DNA of 64,000 nucleotides from the NCBI GenBank assembly GCA_030680695.1, contig JAUXUT010000149.1, forward strand, positions 536,324 through 600,323. The letters run 5' to 3'. Of the stretch, positions 49,444 through 58,100 are shown in pieces (positions within the stretch are counted from its first letter, which is position 1; every line of letters starts with the position of its first letter). The notes beneath the pieces were generated by a model that made no database searches, was not told where the DNA came from, and saw nothing but the letters and a program-made list of their open reading frames with translations. The translations under genes were made by a program, and so were the position numbers. This DNA is from a bacterium. Lineage in GTDB: Bacteria; Patescibacteriota; Minisyncoccia; Phycocordibacterales; UBA6065.

Positions 49444-49827
49444 TTATTCTCGCGGATTGTCTTTGTGTGCGAGGCACGTGAGCGCCGCTGGATTTGCCTC
49501 CAAACGCTCTTGTTCGATTGGTTTGCCACTTACGACGCAGATTCCGTATGTGCCAGCCTTGATTCTTTCGAGGGCGCTTTTCACATCGTTATACTGAACC
49601 TCGAGCTGTTTGAGGATAGCAGTGTTCGATTCGTAGCTTTCGATGTTATCAGCGATATCAGCAGCGTCCGAAGCAGAAACATCCACTTCACCAGAGGTTG
49701 CTTCCCAGTCTTTTGGATTATCAGGATTGACCTGGCCGACGCTTTTGAGTTCGGTTTCGAGCGTCTGGAGTTCCTTCTCCAGCTTATTCTTGAAGTATTC
49801 AGTATCTACAGATGGGTTCATTTTCAT
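49444..49827 (-). CDS. DksA/TraR family protein (degenerate zinc finger)
   Basis: Coiled-coil N-terminus and C-terminal GTYGICVVSGKPIEQERLEANPAALTC matching the DksA/TraR motif, with only 2 of the 4 Cys. Start taken at MKMNPS. Confidence 0.6.
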   Translation of the reverse strand: MKMNPSVDTEYFKNKLEKELQTLETELKSVGQVNPDNPKDWEATSGEVDVSASDAADIADNIESYESNTAILKQLEVQYNDVKSALERIKAGTYGICVVSGKPIEQERLEANPAALTCLAHKDNPRE

Positions 49828-49852
49828 GGGGGTAATAATATAGGTTAAGACG

Positions 49853-51016
49853 TTATTGCACAATACGGACCGCAAGCAGCCTGTCGATAAGGTATTTTAG
49901 GGTTTCAACATCGGTCGCTATGACTATTGTGTTTTGGTCGGCGAACGCATAAGCGAGGATTGGTTGGCCATTAGATCCGCGCAGAATGCGTGCGTCGATG
50001 TTCGCAACTACAGAATCTTCAAAAACATCGCTTTTAGTCGATATTGTCGCCTCTTTTGGGTGAGCAACTTGGATGAGCTTGATAAGGTCATCACGCATGT
50101 CGCCTTCCCATTCGAGCATCCCTGCATAAGCGTTTTGGAAGAATGAGTTTTTGAATATGAGGAAAGGTGCGTTCCGATTAAAGACGTATGAACCGAGCAT
50201 ATATTCCGAAGACAATGAACGGATTAGTCTGCCTGGTATTTTGGTATTGGCCAAGAATGCCGAAGGGGATGCTATTACTGTGGTTGTACCGAACGGTAAC
50301 GGTATAACTGCATATATTTGGCCAATATTTACTGATGCGCGGTCGAGGGCTTCCCCGGCGAGTGTAATCGTGTCTTTTTCTGGATCGAGTTTTACTGTTG
50401 TTATGCCATCGTACGGAATGAGGGTGCGTACAACTAGGTTTTCCGGCAAGTTTGATCGAGGGGCCGGAGCGTTCGTAGTGAGCCAGTAGTAAGCCCCACC
50501 CCCAGCCAACATCAGAATAATTAGTATTGTCGCAAGAAGCAGTAATGGGAATTTCTTTTCTCCACTATCATATTGTATCGGCGTACCAGATGTTTCCTTG
50601 CGTTTCTGTTCTGCTACCACCATCTGTGTTTTCGAGATGTTTTGATAACGCACAGCTTCTTCGGCATCAGTCTTGAAGGTACGAAGAGGTTTGATGGACG
50701 GATCGTTTTTAACAGGTACGGCTGGACTCGTTGAATTCGATCCGCCAGGTTTGAATGATTCCTCGCTGAGTTCCAGGGGTTCGTCTTTTGGTGGCTGCGG
50801 CACTGGCACCACAGGTTTCACAGGAATCGTTTTTGGCAGGTTTTCCGTTTCTGTTATGACGTCTGCTTTGGCCGCGGTTGTTTCAGGTGTACCGAATTCG
50901 TTGTCTTCAGCCACACGAGAACTGTCGAGCACATCAATGCCCTCGTCGTGGAGTCCACCCATGGTCGAGCTCTCCATCTCTTTCTTTTCGTCCTTCTTCT
51001 CGGGTTCCATATACAT
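49853..51016 (-). CDS. hypothetical membrane-anchored protein
   Basis: 387 aa; acidic/Pro-rich N-terminal region, single TM (FPLLLLATILIILMLAGGGAYYW), extracytoplasmic C-terminal domain. Confidence 0.4.
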   Translation of the reverse strand: MYMEPEKKDEKKEMESSTMGGLHDEGIDVLDSSRVAEDNEFGTPETTAAKADVITETENLPKTIPVKPVVPVPQPPKDEPLELSEESFKPGGSNSTSPAVPVKNDPSIKPLRTFKTDAEEAVRYQNISKTQMVVAEQKRKETSGTPIQYDSGEKKFPLLLLATILIILMLAGGGAYYWLTTNAPAPRSNLPENLVVRTLIPYDGITTVKLDPEKDTITLAGEALDRASVNIGQIYAVIPLPFGTTTVIASPSAFLANTKIPGRLIRSLSSEYMLGSYVFNRNAPFLIFKNSFFQNAYAGMLEWEGDMRDDLIKLIQVAHPKEATISTKSDVFEDSVVANIDARILRGSNGQPILAYAFADQNTIVIATDVETLKYLIDRLLAVRIVQ

Positions 51017-51101
51017 ATCATAGCAAAAAGCCGCTAGGCCTTCGGCCTAGCGGCTTTTATTTAATCGTGATGAGATACACCCACGGATGCCACAGGTGTC
51101 T

Positions 51102-51815
51102 TTAGCGGATCTTGCGAATGACTTTGGTCATACGGCCTGGGCGTGATGGTGGTTGCTGGCGAGGTCCTGGTGCCTTTTGGGCCGGTTCCTCTTGTATATC
51201 ATCGCCTTTATCAATGCCGTGATCGTCTTGGGGTCCGCGATTATTTCTGTCGCCGCGATTTCCACGGGTTCCTGCTCCCCCACTGTTTCCACCGCGTCGT
51301 TCGTTGAATCGGCCGCCAATTACATATCGGCTTGGATCTGAATCGAGATCAATGAAATCATCAGTCGCTTCTTTTAATTTGCCCGATGCTGACTTGCCGA
51401 AGGTTATAACCTCGACCTGACAACCCTGCATTTTAAGGTATTCAACAAGCGGTACGAAGTCGCCGTCGCCTGATGCGAGCACAACAACGTCGAGTTTAGC
51501 CGCGAGTTTCACGGCGTCGATGGCGAGACCAACGTCCCAGTCCGCCTTTTTTGAGCCAGATGAAAATATCTGTAGGTCCTTGGTTTTAGTTTCGATGCCC
51601 ATTTTATTGAGCGCGTCGAAAAAGTTGCTTTCCTCGCCTGATTCCGTCGTAATGACGTATGCGATTGCACGCACAAGTTGGCGTTCTGCAAGGGCGGTTT
51701 CGAGCACTTCACCGAAGTTTACGCGGCCATGATGAAGGTTCTTGGCGCTGTGATATAGGTTTTGCGCATCAATGAATATACCAACGCGCTGATCCTTATG
51801 TTTAATTACTGACAT
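51102..51815 (-). CDS. NYN-domain (LabA-like/PIN-like) protein
   Basis: 237 aa; GIFIDAQNLYHS...DVVVLASGDGDFVPLV NYN signature; Gly/Arg-rich C-terminal tail. Confidence 0.75.
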   Translation of the reverse strand: MSVIKHKDQRVGIFIDAQNLYHSAKNLHHGRVNFGEVLETALAERQLVRAIAYVITTESGEESNFFDALNKMGIETKTKDLQIFSSGSKKADWDVGLAIDAVKLAAKLDVVVLASGDGDFVPLVEYLKMQGCQVEVITFGKSASGKLKEATDDFIDLDSDPSRYVIGGRFNERRGGNSGGAGTRGNRGDRNNRGPQDDHGIDKGDDIQEEPAQKAPGPRQQPPSRPGRMTKVIRKIR

Positions 51816-51936
51816 TTGTTTAAAAAATTAAAGATATCGGAAAAAGTCCGATGTTATTAAAAATGCACCATGCTGACGCGAATTGAATCGCAACCCGGAA
51901 CGAAGACTCCGCCGAGAGGCGGAGCGAGTTCGGTTG

Positions 51937-52206
51937 TTATTTTACCTTGAGCTCGAGCTTCTTGGCGAGCGCGAGATAGCGCTTCGGGTGCTTGGTCTGA
52001 AGGTATTTGATGTGGTTCTGCCTGTCTGCGACCATGGCGAGGAGGCCTCGGCGTGAGTGCTTGTCCTTGTCGTGCTTCTTGAGGTGTCGAGCGAGCTCCT
52101 CGATTTTTGATGTGAGGAGAGCGACCTGAACCTCAGGCGAGCCCGTGTCTTTGTCGTGAACGGCAGAAACCTTGATTACCTTTGACTTCTTTATCGTTGA
52201 AAGCAT
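51937..52206 (-). CDS. rpsO: 30S ribosomal protein S15
   Basis: Start at MLSTIKK; DTGSPEVQVALLTSKIEELARHLKKHDKDKHSRRGLLAMV matches S15. Confidence 0.85.
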   Translation of the reverse strand: MLSTIKKSKVIKVSAVHDKDTGSPEVQVALLTSKIEELARHLKKHDKDKHSRRGLLAMVADRQNHIKYLQTKHPKRYLALAKKLELKVK

Positions 52207-52299
52207 GGTACCCCCTATCTTAGCATATATGGAGCTAAATTGCAAGCCCCGCGCTTACTACAGCCCTGTGTCGCCTTTTTTGCTATAATATTGTGCGAC

Positions 52300-53238
52300 A
52301 TGGCATCACTACGCGAACTAAAGACGCAATTCCTCGAATATATCGAAATCGAGAAGGGTCGGAGTATAAAGACCGTCCAAAATTATGATCATTATCTGAC
52401 GCGTTTTCTCGCCTTTATCAAGAAAGACGACGCAAAGTCGATTACAGATACGTCGGTGAGAGAGTTTCGCCTGTGGCTTAATCGCCAACCGGCTGGTAAT
52501 GCGCGCACCGGTCCCAATCGTGGTAGCGCGGGAACTCTCAAGAAAAAGACGCAGAATTATTATCTCATCGCTTTACGCGCTTTTCTTAAATATTTGGCTC
52601 GCCAAGGAGTTTCTTCCCTTTCACCAGAACGTATCGAGCTCGCCAAGGTCGGCGACCGGCACATCGAGTTTATGAATGACGAAGAATTGCATCGCTTACT
52701 TGAAGCGCCTGACGGCTCAGATCTCAAATCACTGCGAGACAGAGCCATATTATGGGCGCTTTTCTCTACAGGCTTGCGTGTGTCAGAGCTCTGTTCCCTT
52801 CCGCGCGATATCGACCTTTCGGCCGAAGGCATACCGGTGCGCGGCAAGGGCGACAAAGTGCGCGTCGTATTTTTTTCTGATGCGGCCAAGGCGGCCATCA
52901 AGGCATATCTCAACAAGCGTGACGATATGGACGATTCTCTGTTCGTAAAAGTTGGAGTTGAAAAACGAAGCGGCGGCGAATCACTTCCCCTCACCACACG
53001 ATCGATTGAAAGGATTGTGAAGTTGTACGCGACAAAGGCTGGCATTATGACCAAACGAGTGACACCCCACGTTTTGCGCCATTCGTTCGCTACTGATTTG
53101 TTGAGCAATGGGGCCGATTTACGTGCCGTGCAGGATCTTCTTGGTCACGCCAACATCAGCACCACACAGATATACACTCACGTCACCGACGCGCATTTGC
53201 GGAACGTCCACAAACAGTTTCACAACAAGAAGAAGTAG
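52300..53238 (+). CDS. xerC: tyrosine site-specific recombinase XerC/XerD-like
   Basis: C-terminal catalytic motifs ...HVLRHSFATDLLSNGADLRAVQDLLGHANISTTQIYTHV (R..H..R..Y); N-terminal SAM-like domain. Start chosen at MASLRE. Confidence 0.8.
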   Translation: MASLRELKTQFLEYIEIEKGRSIKTVQNYDHYLTRFLAFIKKDDAKSITDTSVREFRLWLNRQPAGNARTGPNRGSAGTLKKKTQNYYLIALRAFLKYLARQGVSSLSPERIELAKVGDRHIEFMNDEELHRLLEAPDGSDLKSLRDRAILWALFSTGLRVSELCSLPRDIDLSAEGIPVRGKGDKVRVVFFSDAAKAAIKAYLNKRDDMDDSLFVKVGVEKRSGGESLPLTTRSIERIVKLYATKAGIMTKRVTPHVLRHSFATDLLSNGADLRAVQDLLGHANISTTQIYTHVTDAHLRNVHKQFHNKKK

Positions 53239-53285
53239 AAGAAAAATAGCCTGTCGAACACCAGTCTTTCTGGTATTATTGCGGC

Positions 53286-54083
53286 ATGAAGATCGTATCT
53301 TGGAATGTGAACGGCATCCGCGCGGTGCACAAGAAAGGCCTTTTTCTTCCTTTCATCGACCAGTACCAGCCGGATATTCTGTGTCTTCAAGAAACTAAGG
53401 CCGAGCAAGGCCAGGTCGAAATAGACCTGTCTGGATACGAAGAATATTGGAATTCAGCCCAAAAGAAGGGCTATTCTGGTACGGCCATATTCACGAAAGT
53501 GAAGCCCGTCGCGATAATTAACGGCATTCCAGACCATATATGCGAGAAGTACGGCCTCATTGCTGATGAATACGGTGATCCACGCACCGAAGGCCGCGTT
53601 ATAGCCGCAGAATTCAAGGATTTTTTCCTTGTGACGGTATACACACCTAACGCCAAGGAGGATTTAAGCCGCATTCCATTGCGACATCGACAGTGGGATC
53701 CCGCGTTTCTCGCCTATTGCAAGGAACTCGAGAAAAAGAAGCCAGTCGTATTTTGTGGCGATCTCAATGTGGCCCATACTCCAGACGACCTCGCCCGACC
53801 AAAAGAAAATGTTGGACTCAAAGGTTTCACTGATGAAGAGCGAGAAGGATTTCAGAATTTTATCGACGCTGGTTTCATCGATACCTTCAGAATTTTTCAT
53901 AAAGGTAACGGCTTCTATACATGGTGGTCGCACTTTGCGAATGCCCGCGCACGCAACGTCGGATGGCGTATCGATTATGTACTTGTATCCGCATCATTTT
54001 CAGAAAAAGTGAAGTCTGCCGGAATCCTTCCTGAGGTTCTTGGATCAGATCACTGCCCCGTATTCGTGAATATGGCTTTGTAA
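53286..54083 (+). CDS. xth: exodeoxyribonuclease III (AP endonuclease)
   Basis: 265 aa; MKIVSWNVNGIRA start, ExoIII/EEP motifs, C-terminal SDHCPV. Confidence 0.9.
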   Translation: MKIVSWNVNGIRAVHKKGLFLPFIDQYQPDILCLQETKAEQGQVEIDLSGYEEYWNSAQKKGYSGTAIFTKVKPVAIINGIPDHICEKYGLIADEYGDPRTEGRVIAAEFKDFFLVTVYTPNAKEDLSRIPLRHRQWDPAFLAYCKELEKKKPVVFCGDLNVAHTPDDLARPKENVGLKGFTDEEREGFQNFIDAGFIDTFRIFHKGNGFYTWWSHFANARARNVGWRIDYVLVSASFSEKVKSAGILPEVLGSDHCPVFVNMAL

Positions 54084-54167
54084 GGCCTCTTTTACAGATG
54101 TCCTTTATTTAAAGTTATCCCCACATCATGTCCTTTACATGTCTTTTACGACTGCTACAATATATCC

Positions 54168-54470
54168 AGGCCAGTACGGAGAACTTCTTGCCGACCCCGG
54201 CGTAGAGGATCTCCCTGAAAAAGAGTTCTTTCTACATAGTCGGTAATCGTTTAAGGTTTGGTCTTGGGCAAGCGCTACGCGCGGCCCACTCGAGTCGAGA
54301 GACTCAAAAAAGGAAATAACCTCGAAAGCGAGTACACGTCGACGGCCCTGCCGCTGCAGGCATGAATTAAATTATTTTTCGGCCATCACGGGTAGGATCA
54401 CCTCCCCATGTACTCACTCTAGCGGTTATTTCGAAGCCGCTGGCAACTCATCAAGCCGGCGGTTTTTTGT
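54168..54470 (+). ncRNA. candidate ~300-nt RNA (unclassified) with its own promoter and terminator
   Basis: Sigma70-like promoter TTTACA-16nt-TACAAT at about 54132-54160; strong intrinsic terminator CCGCTGGC-loop-GCCGGCGG + TTTTTTGTTTG at 54437-54470; GC-rich structured interior; only tiny ORFs (longest ~35 aa). Confidence 0.3.
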
Positions 54471-54506
54471 TTGTAAAATACGACAGGATTGAATACAATT
54501 AAATAC

Positions 54507-54537
54507 GTAAAACGGCTCGGTTGAGCCGTTTTTGTCT
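54507..54537. terminator. bidirectional intrinsic terminator (AAAACGGCTC-GGTT-GAGCCGTTTT) after cca
   Basis: Perfect 10-bp palindromic stem flanked by A-tract and T-tract; immediately downstream of the cca stop on the minus strand. Confidence 0.65.
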
Positions 54538-56035
54538 ATTCAACGCCGTGTTTGCCACGTATTTTGGCCAACTCTTCTTCTTCGGCTTTTTGTTTTTTAT
54601 CCTTCCCTATCGCGGCAAGTTTTTTCAGAGCCATGTCGTCTAGTTTTACCAGTTCCTGTGCACGAGTCTCCATGTAATCGGTTGTATTTTTAGTCGGATC
54701 CTCCAATGCTTCTTCGAGCAACGCGTGCAGGATAAAACCAATCTTTGCATTAGGTGCCATCCCGGTGAGTTCCATAATTCTGTTACCGTCAATCTTGAGC
54801 ATCCCGACGGACACTGGATCTCGCAAAGCCTCTTCAATCATCGAGCGGTATTTACGCAGTCGATACGGATTCTCCTTTGGCCGTCCAGTTCCAATGCGAT
54901 CACAGACACGAATATTCATAAGGTCCCAGATATTGTCGTCACCGACATTTGCGACCATTCGGCGTACGGCCGATAGAGTTATGGTCTCGGTATCCGAGAA
55001 AAACATGTGCCAACGGACCAGTTTCACGACTTTTTCGACGATTTTCGTCGAAAAAGCTAGGTTTTTAAGGATTTTTTCAGTCATTCTTGCCCCAACCACT
55101 TCATGGCCGTAAAACGTGTATTGATTTGTTTCACGTGAAAACCTGCGGGTGGCTGGTTTGCCAATGTCGTGAAACAGAGCAGCAAGGCGGATTTCAAGGT
55201 CATATTCCTTATCTGCGGCATGTTGCACGGTGCGCAGAAGGTGTTCCCAAACATCATATGCGTGGGCCTGGGTTTGTTTCACACCGACTCCCTCTTCTAG
55301 TTCTGGGGCTATAAATGGCAGTATCCCGAGCTCATGACACAAAATAAGCGCATTCATCGGCACTGGCGACATGATTATGCGGCAGAACTCATCACGAATA
55401 CGCTCTTTTGCAATATGAGAAAGAAGGCCAGAATGAGTCTTTAGAGCCTCCAAAGTCCCCTTTTCTATTGAAAAATCGAGCTCTGAGGCCAATCTAACCG
55501 CCCTCATGATACGTAACGCGTCCTCGGAAAATCGTTCATGGGCGTCACCAACGGTCCTGATTAAGCCATCTTTAAGGTCTTTAAGGCCTTCAAATCCATC
55601 AATAATGTTTCCCGTGAAACCATCCCTCCCCTCTTCGATGTCTAGAGCGAGCGCATTGATAGTAAAATCACGACGCTTGAGATCATCCTCGATATTCGTG
55701 CTAAAGGACACGGCGTCCGGGCGGCGCTTGTCGCTATATGCTGATTCAAGTCGGAATGGCGTAACCTCGATTACTTTGAGTCGCTCGTCTTCCGTTTCAT
55801 CATTCACCACTCCGACCGTGCCGTATTTGTTCTCGTAAAAAGTGTGCGTGAATACCTTTTGTATTTCTTCAGGTGTGGCGTCAGTGGTCACATCCCAGTC
55901 TTTTGGGACCTTGCCGAGCAACAGATCACGAACACACCCTCCTACCAGACAAGCCTTATAATTAGCCGTTTTTAGGCCTTCTGTCACACGTGAAACCTCA
56001 CGTGGGATTTGGAGCGAGAGGATTTTCGTTTCCAT
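54536..56035 (-). CDS. cca: CCA-adding tRNA nucleotidyltransferase with HD domain
   Basis: 499 aa; Pol-beta-like NTase motif GGCVRDLLLGKVPKDWDVTT, C-terminal HD domain (HDIGK). Confidence 0.85.
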   Translation of the reverse strand: METKILSLQIPREVSRVTEGLKTANYKACLVGGCVRDLLLGKVPKDWDVTTDATPEEIQKVFTHTFYENKYGTVGVVNDETEDERLKVIEVTPFRLESAYSDKRRPDAVSFSTNIEDDLKRRDFTINALALDIEEGRDGFTGNIIDGFEGLKDLKDGLIRTVGDAHERFSEDALRIMRAVRLASELDFSIEKGTLEALKTHSGLLSHIAKERIRDEFCRIIMSPVPMNALILCHELGILPFIAPELEEGVGVKQTQAHAYDVWEHLLRTVQHAADKEYDLEIRLAALFHDIGKPATRRFSRETNQYTFYGHEVVGARMTEKILKNLAFSTKIVEKVVKLVRWHMFFSDTETITLSAVRRMVANVGDDNIWDLMNIRVCDRIGTGRPKENPYRLRKYRSMIEEALRDPVSVGMLKIDGNRIMELTGMAPNAKIGFILHALLEEALEDPTKNTTDYMETRAQELVKLDDMALKKLAAIGKDKKQKAEEEELAKIRGKHGVE

Positions 56036-56101
56036 GATTATGCGCCTATATTACTATAGTTTTTTGATTTTTGTCCGCTTTGAACGTATGATGTGACAAT
56101 C

Positions 56102-56173
56102 GCTCCCGTGGTGAAATGGATATCACAACGGTCTTCGGAACCGTCGTTGGGGGTTCGAATCCCTCCGGGAGCA
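56102..56173 (+). tRNA. tRNA-Arg (anticodon TCG), no encoded CCA
   Basis: Cloverleaf: acceptor GCTCCCG/CGGGAGC, anticodon stem-loop ACGGT-CTTCGGA-ACCGT, T-arm GGGGG-TTCGAAT-CCCTC. Confidence 0.8.
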
Positions 56174-56218
56174 CAAATAGATAGTTGGGTTTTGTTTTTT
56201 CTTCGCGTTCGTGTAATA

Positions 56219-56289
56219 TTGTCCCTATGCGGGTATCGTTTAGTGGTAGGACACGTCCTTGCCAAGGATGAGGTGAGAGTTCGATTCTC
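56219..56289 (+). tRNA. tRNA-Gly (anticodon GCC), no encoded CCA
   Basis: Acceptor GCGGGTA/TACCCGC, anticodon stem-loop CGTCC-TTGCCAA-GGATG, T-arm GAGAG-TTCGATT-CTCTC. Confidence 0.85.
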
Positions 56290-56682
56290 TCTACCCGCAC
56301 AAGATCGCGATAGTTGTAATAAAGTTGTAATAAAAATGTGTAAAGGTCGTCTTCGGGCGACCTTTATGCTTATACGGCGTTTTATTAAGCTTGGTCAAAC
56401 ATCAAAATCAAGAAACTAAGATAATATAAAGCGATTTTGGATAACTGGGGATAACTCTGGGGATAGTGTTTAAAAGACAATACCCCGAATTGGCATGAAA
56501 AACACACTTTTGTCCTTAAAAGGCCTAAGTAGAGCCGTAGTTTAGGAATTTGAATTTCTCATGAATTTAACATAATGTTTCATATGAAACGTGGATAAGC
56601 CCGTTTCACGTGAAAACAGCCTTTATGCGGATTTTATTCTTTATTTAGGCTCTGTTGAGCCCTCATTTGTCATAATGGACCC

Positions 56683-57084
56683 ATGAAAACATTCACATCC
56701 AAGAGTCAGAAGTTGGGGTTGTTGGGCGAGGATATAGTCTGTAAATACCTACGGGATAGGGGATTTACTATCATAGAACGAAATTATACAAAGAAGTGGG
56801 GCGAGATCGATATCATCGTGGCAAAGGAAGGGATGATCCGTTTTATCGAGGTTAAGTCCGCGACAAGAGATCTTGGTCCAAACAATCATGTCCTTGATGC
56901 GGCAGACCTGCACAGACCAGAAGATGGGATGCATGCGGCAAAGCGTCGCAGACTATCGAGAACAATACAGACCTATATGGCTTCAATGGGGGATATTGAA
57001 TGGCATTTCGACGTCGCCTGCATACTAATAGACCCAGAACGAAGGCGAGCGAGGATAAAAATAATGGACGATATTGTGCTTTAA
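56683..57084 (+). CDS. yraN: YraN family (UPF0102) endonuclease
   Basis: 133 aa; GEDIVCKYLRDRGFTIIERNY..GEIDIIV...IRFIEVK pattern of YraN. Confidence 0.75.
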   Translation: MKTFTSKSQKLGLLGEDIVCKYLRDRGFTIIERNYTKKWGEIDIIVAKEGMIRFIEVKSATRDLGPNNHVLDAADLHRPEDGMHAAKRRRLSRTIQTYMASMGDIEWHFDVACILIDPERRRARIKIMDDIVL

Positions 57085-57143
57085 GGTGCGCGCCGATTAG
57101 ATTTTCTGGGCCCTATCTGCTAGTATGTGGGAACTGAAAAGTA

Positions 57144-57219
57144 CGGGGCGTGGTGTAACGGCTAACATGCTTGACTTGGGATCAAGTGACTCCGGGTTCG
57201 AATCCCGGCGCCCCGACCA
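57144..57219 (+). tRNA. tRNA-Pro (anticodon TGG) with genomically encoded CCA
   Basis: Acceptor CGGGGCG/CGCCCCG, anticodon stem-loop CTTGA-CTTGGGA-TCAAG, T-arm CCGGG-TTCGAAT-CCCGG, then ACCA. Confidence 0.85.
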
Positions 57220-57221
57220 TA

Positions 57222-57527
57222 ATGGAATCTGCGAAATTTACGCGGACAATAGAGGACTTCACGTGCGAGCACTGCGGCAGGGAGGTTAAAGGAAACGGCT
57301 ATACGAATCATTGCCCGGCTTGTCTTTGGTCTAAACACGTCGATATCAACCCTGGTGACAGGGCGGCGTCCTGTGGAGGCATGATGGAGCCCGTATGGGC
57401 TGGCAAGGACGGCGTTAAGAACATGATTCTGCATCGATGTGCGCTTTGCGGATACGAGCGGCGCAAGGAACTCGTCCCAGATGATGATTTTGATGTGTTT
57501 GTGCGTATATCGGCATTGGTGCGATAG
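57222..57527 (+). CDS. RNHCP domain protein
   Basis: Start at MESAKF right after tRNA-Pro; contains CEHCGREVKGNGYTNHCPACLWSKH and a second CxxC (HRCALCGYER), the RNHCP-domain signature. Confidence 0.6.
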   Translation: MESAKFTRTIEDFTCEHCGREVKGNGYTNHCPACLWSKHVDINPGDRAASCGGMMEPVWAGKDGVKNMILHRCALCGYERRKELVPDDDFDVFVRISALVR

Positions 57528-57836
57528 GGAATAGTTAGTCAAGACATGATGACGAACGAGGCATCAACGGCCCTTTGACAGTCTTTTTATGTGTTTCCTA
57601 ATGAAATTGTGACTGAAAGAAAAAACAAATAGAAGGCGAATAGAAAACGCCAAACACGACATCCTAGATATTTAGTAACCAGACACGGAATATGTCAAAC
57701 CCAAAAGCTGATTTTGACAGATCAGGCTCGTCGTTTCTCTTTTTAACTGGTGCTTACAACCGGGTGTATGCTTTCGATACGGTAGGTTGTGCGAAAGCAA
57801 CACCTGCCGCAGGCCTTATCAATTGATAACATCACT

Positions 57837-57926
57837 ATGAACAACAATCCAAATCAACCAAATCAGCCTAATAATCCGAACCAACCAAAGAAGCCAGGCC
57901 AGCAGGATGTGCCACCACAGAATTAA
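57837..57926 (+). CDS. possible 29-aa Asn/Pro/Gln-rich small peptide
   Basis: ATG...TAA ORF MNNNPNQPNQPNNPNQPKKPGQQDVPPQN followed immediately by a strong terminator; no obvious SD; coding status uncertain. Confidence 0.2.
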   Translation: MNNNPNQPNQPNNPNQPKKPGQQDVPPQN

Positions 57927-57931
57927 AACAA

Positions 57932-57968
57932 AAAGCCCTCGGCATATGCCGAGGGCTTTTGCTTTGGA
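57932..57968 (+). terminator. intrinsic terminator (AGCCCTCGGC-ATAT-GCCGAGGGCT + TTTTGCTTTGG)
   Basis: Perfect 10-bp inverted repeat followed by a T-rich tract on the plus strand. Confidence 0.7.
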
Positions 57969-58001
57969 AATGACGTGTGTTTGTGCTAGATTAGAGCAAC
58001 T

Positions 58002-58072
58002 GCGGGCGTAATTTAGTGGTAGAATGACTGCCTTCCAAGCAGTAAGTCCGGGTTCGATTCCCGGCGCCCGCA
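58002..58072 (+). tRNA. tRNA-Gly (anticodon TCC), no encoded CCA
   Basis: Acceptor GCGGGCG/CGCCCGC, anticodon stem-loop ACTGC-CTTCCAA-GCAGT, T-arm CCGGG-TTCGATT-CCCGG. Confidence 0.85.
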
Positions 58073-58100
58073 CACTTACTCAGATAATCGATCATTCCAA

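Noticed and set aside
51850-51936. tRNA-like T-loop-ish string (TTGAATCGCAACCC) downstream of rpsO
   Set aside because: No acceptor, D or anticodon arms could be formed. The region instead contains a CTCCGCC-GAGA-GGCGGAG hairpin that probably terminates rpsO.
56038-56300. Minus-strand ORFs (75 and 84 aa) covering the tRNA-Arg and tRNA-Gly genes
   Set aside because: They lie antisense to two clear tRNA cloverleafs; spurious.
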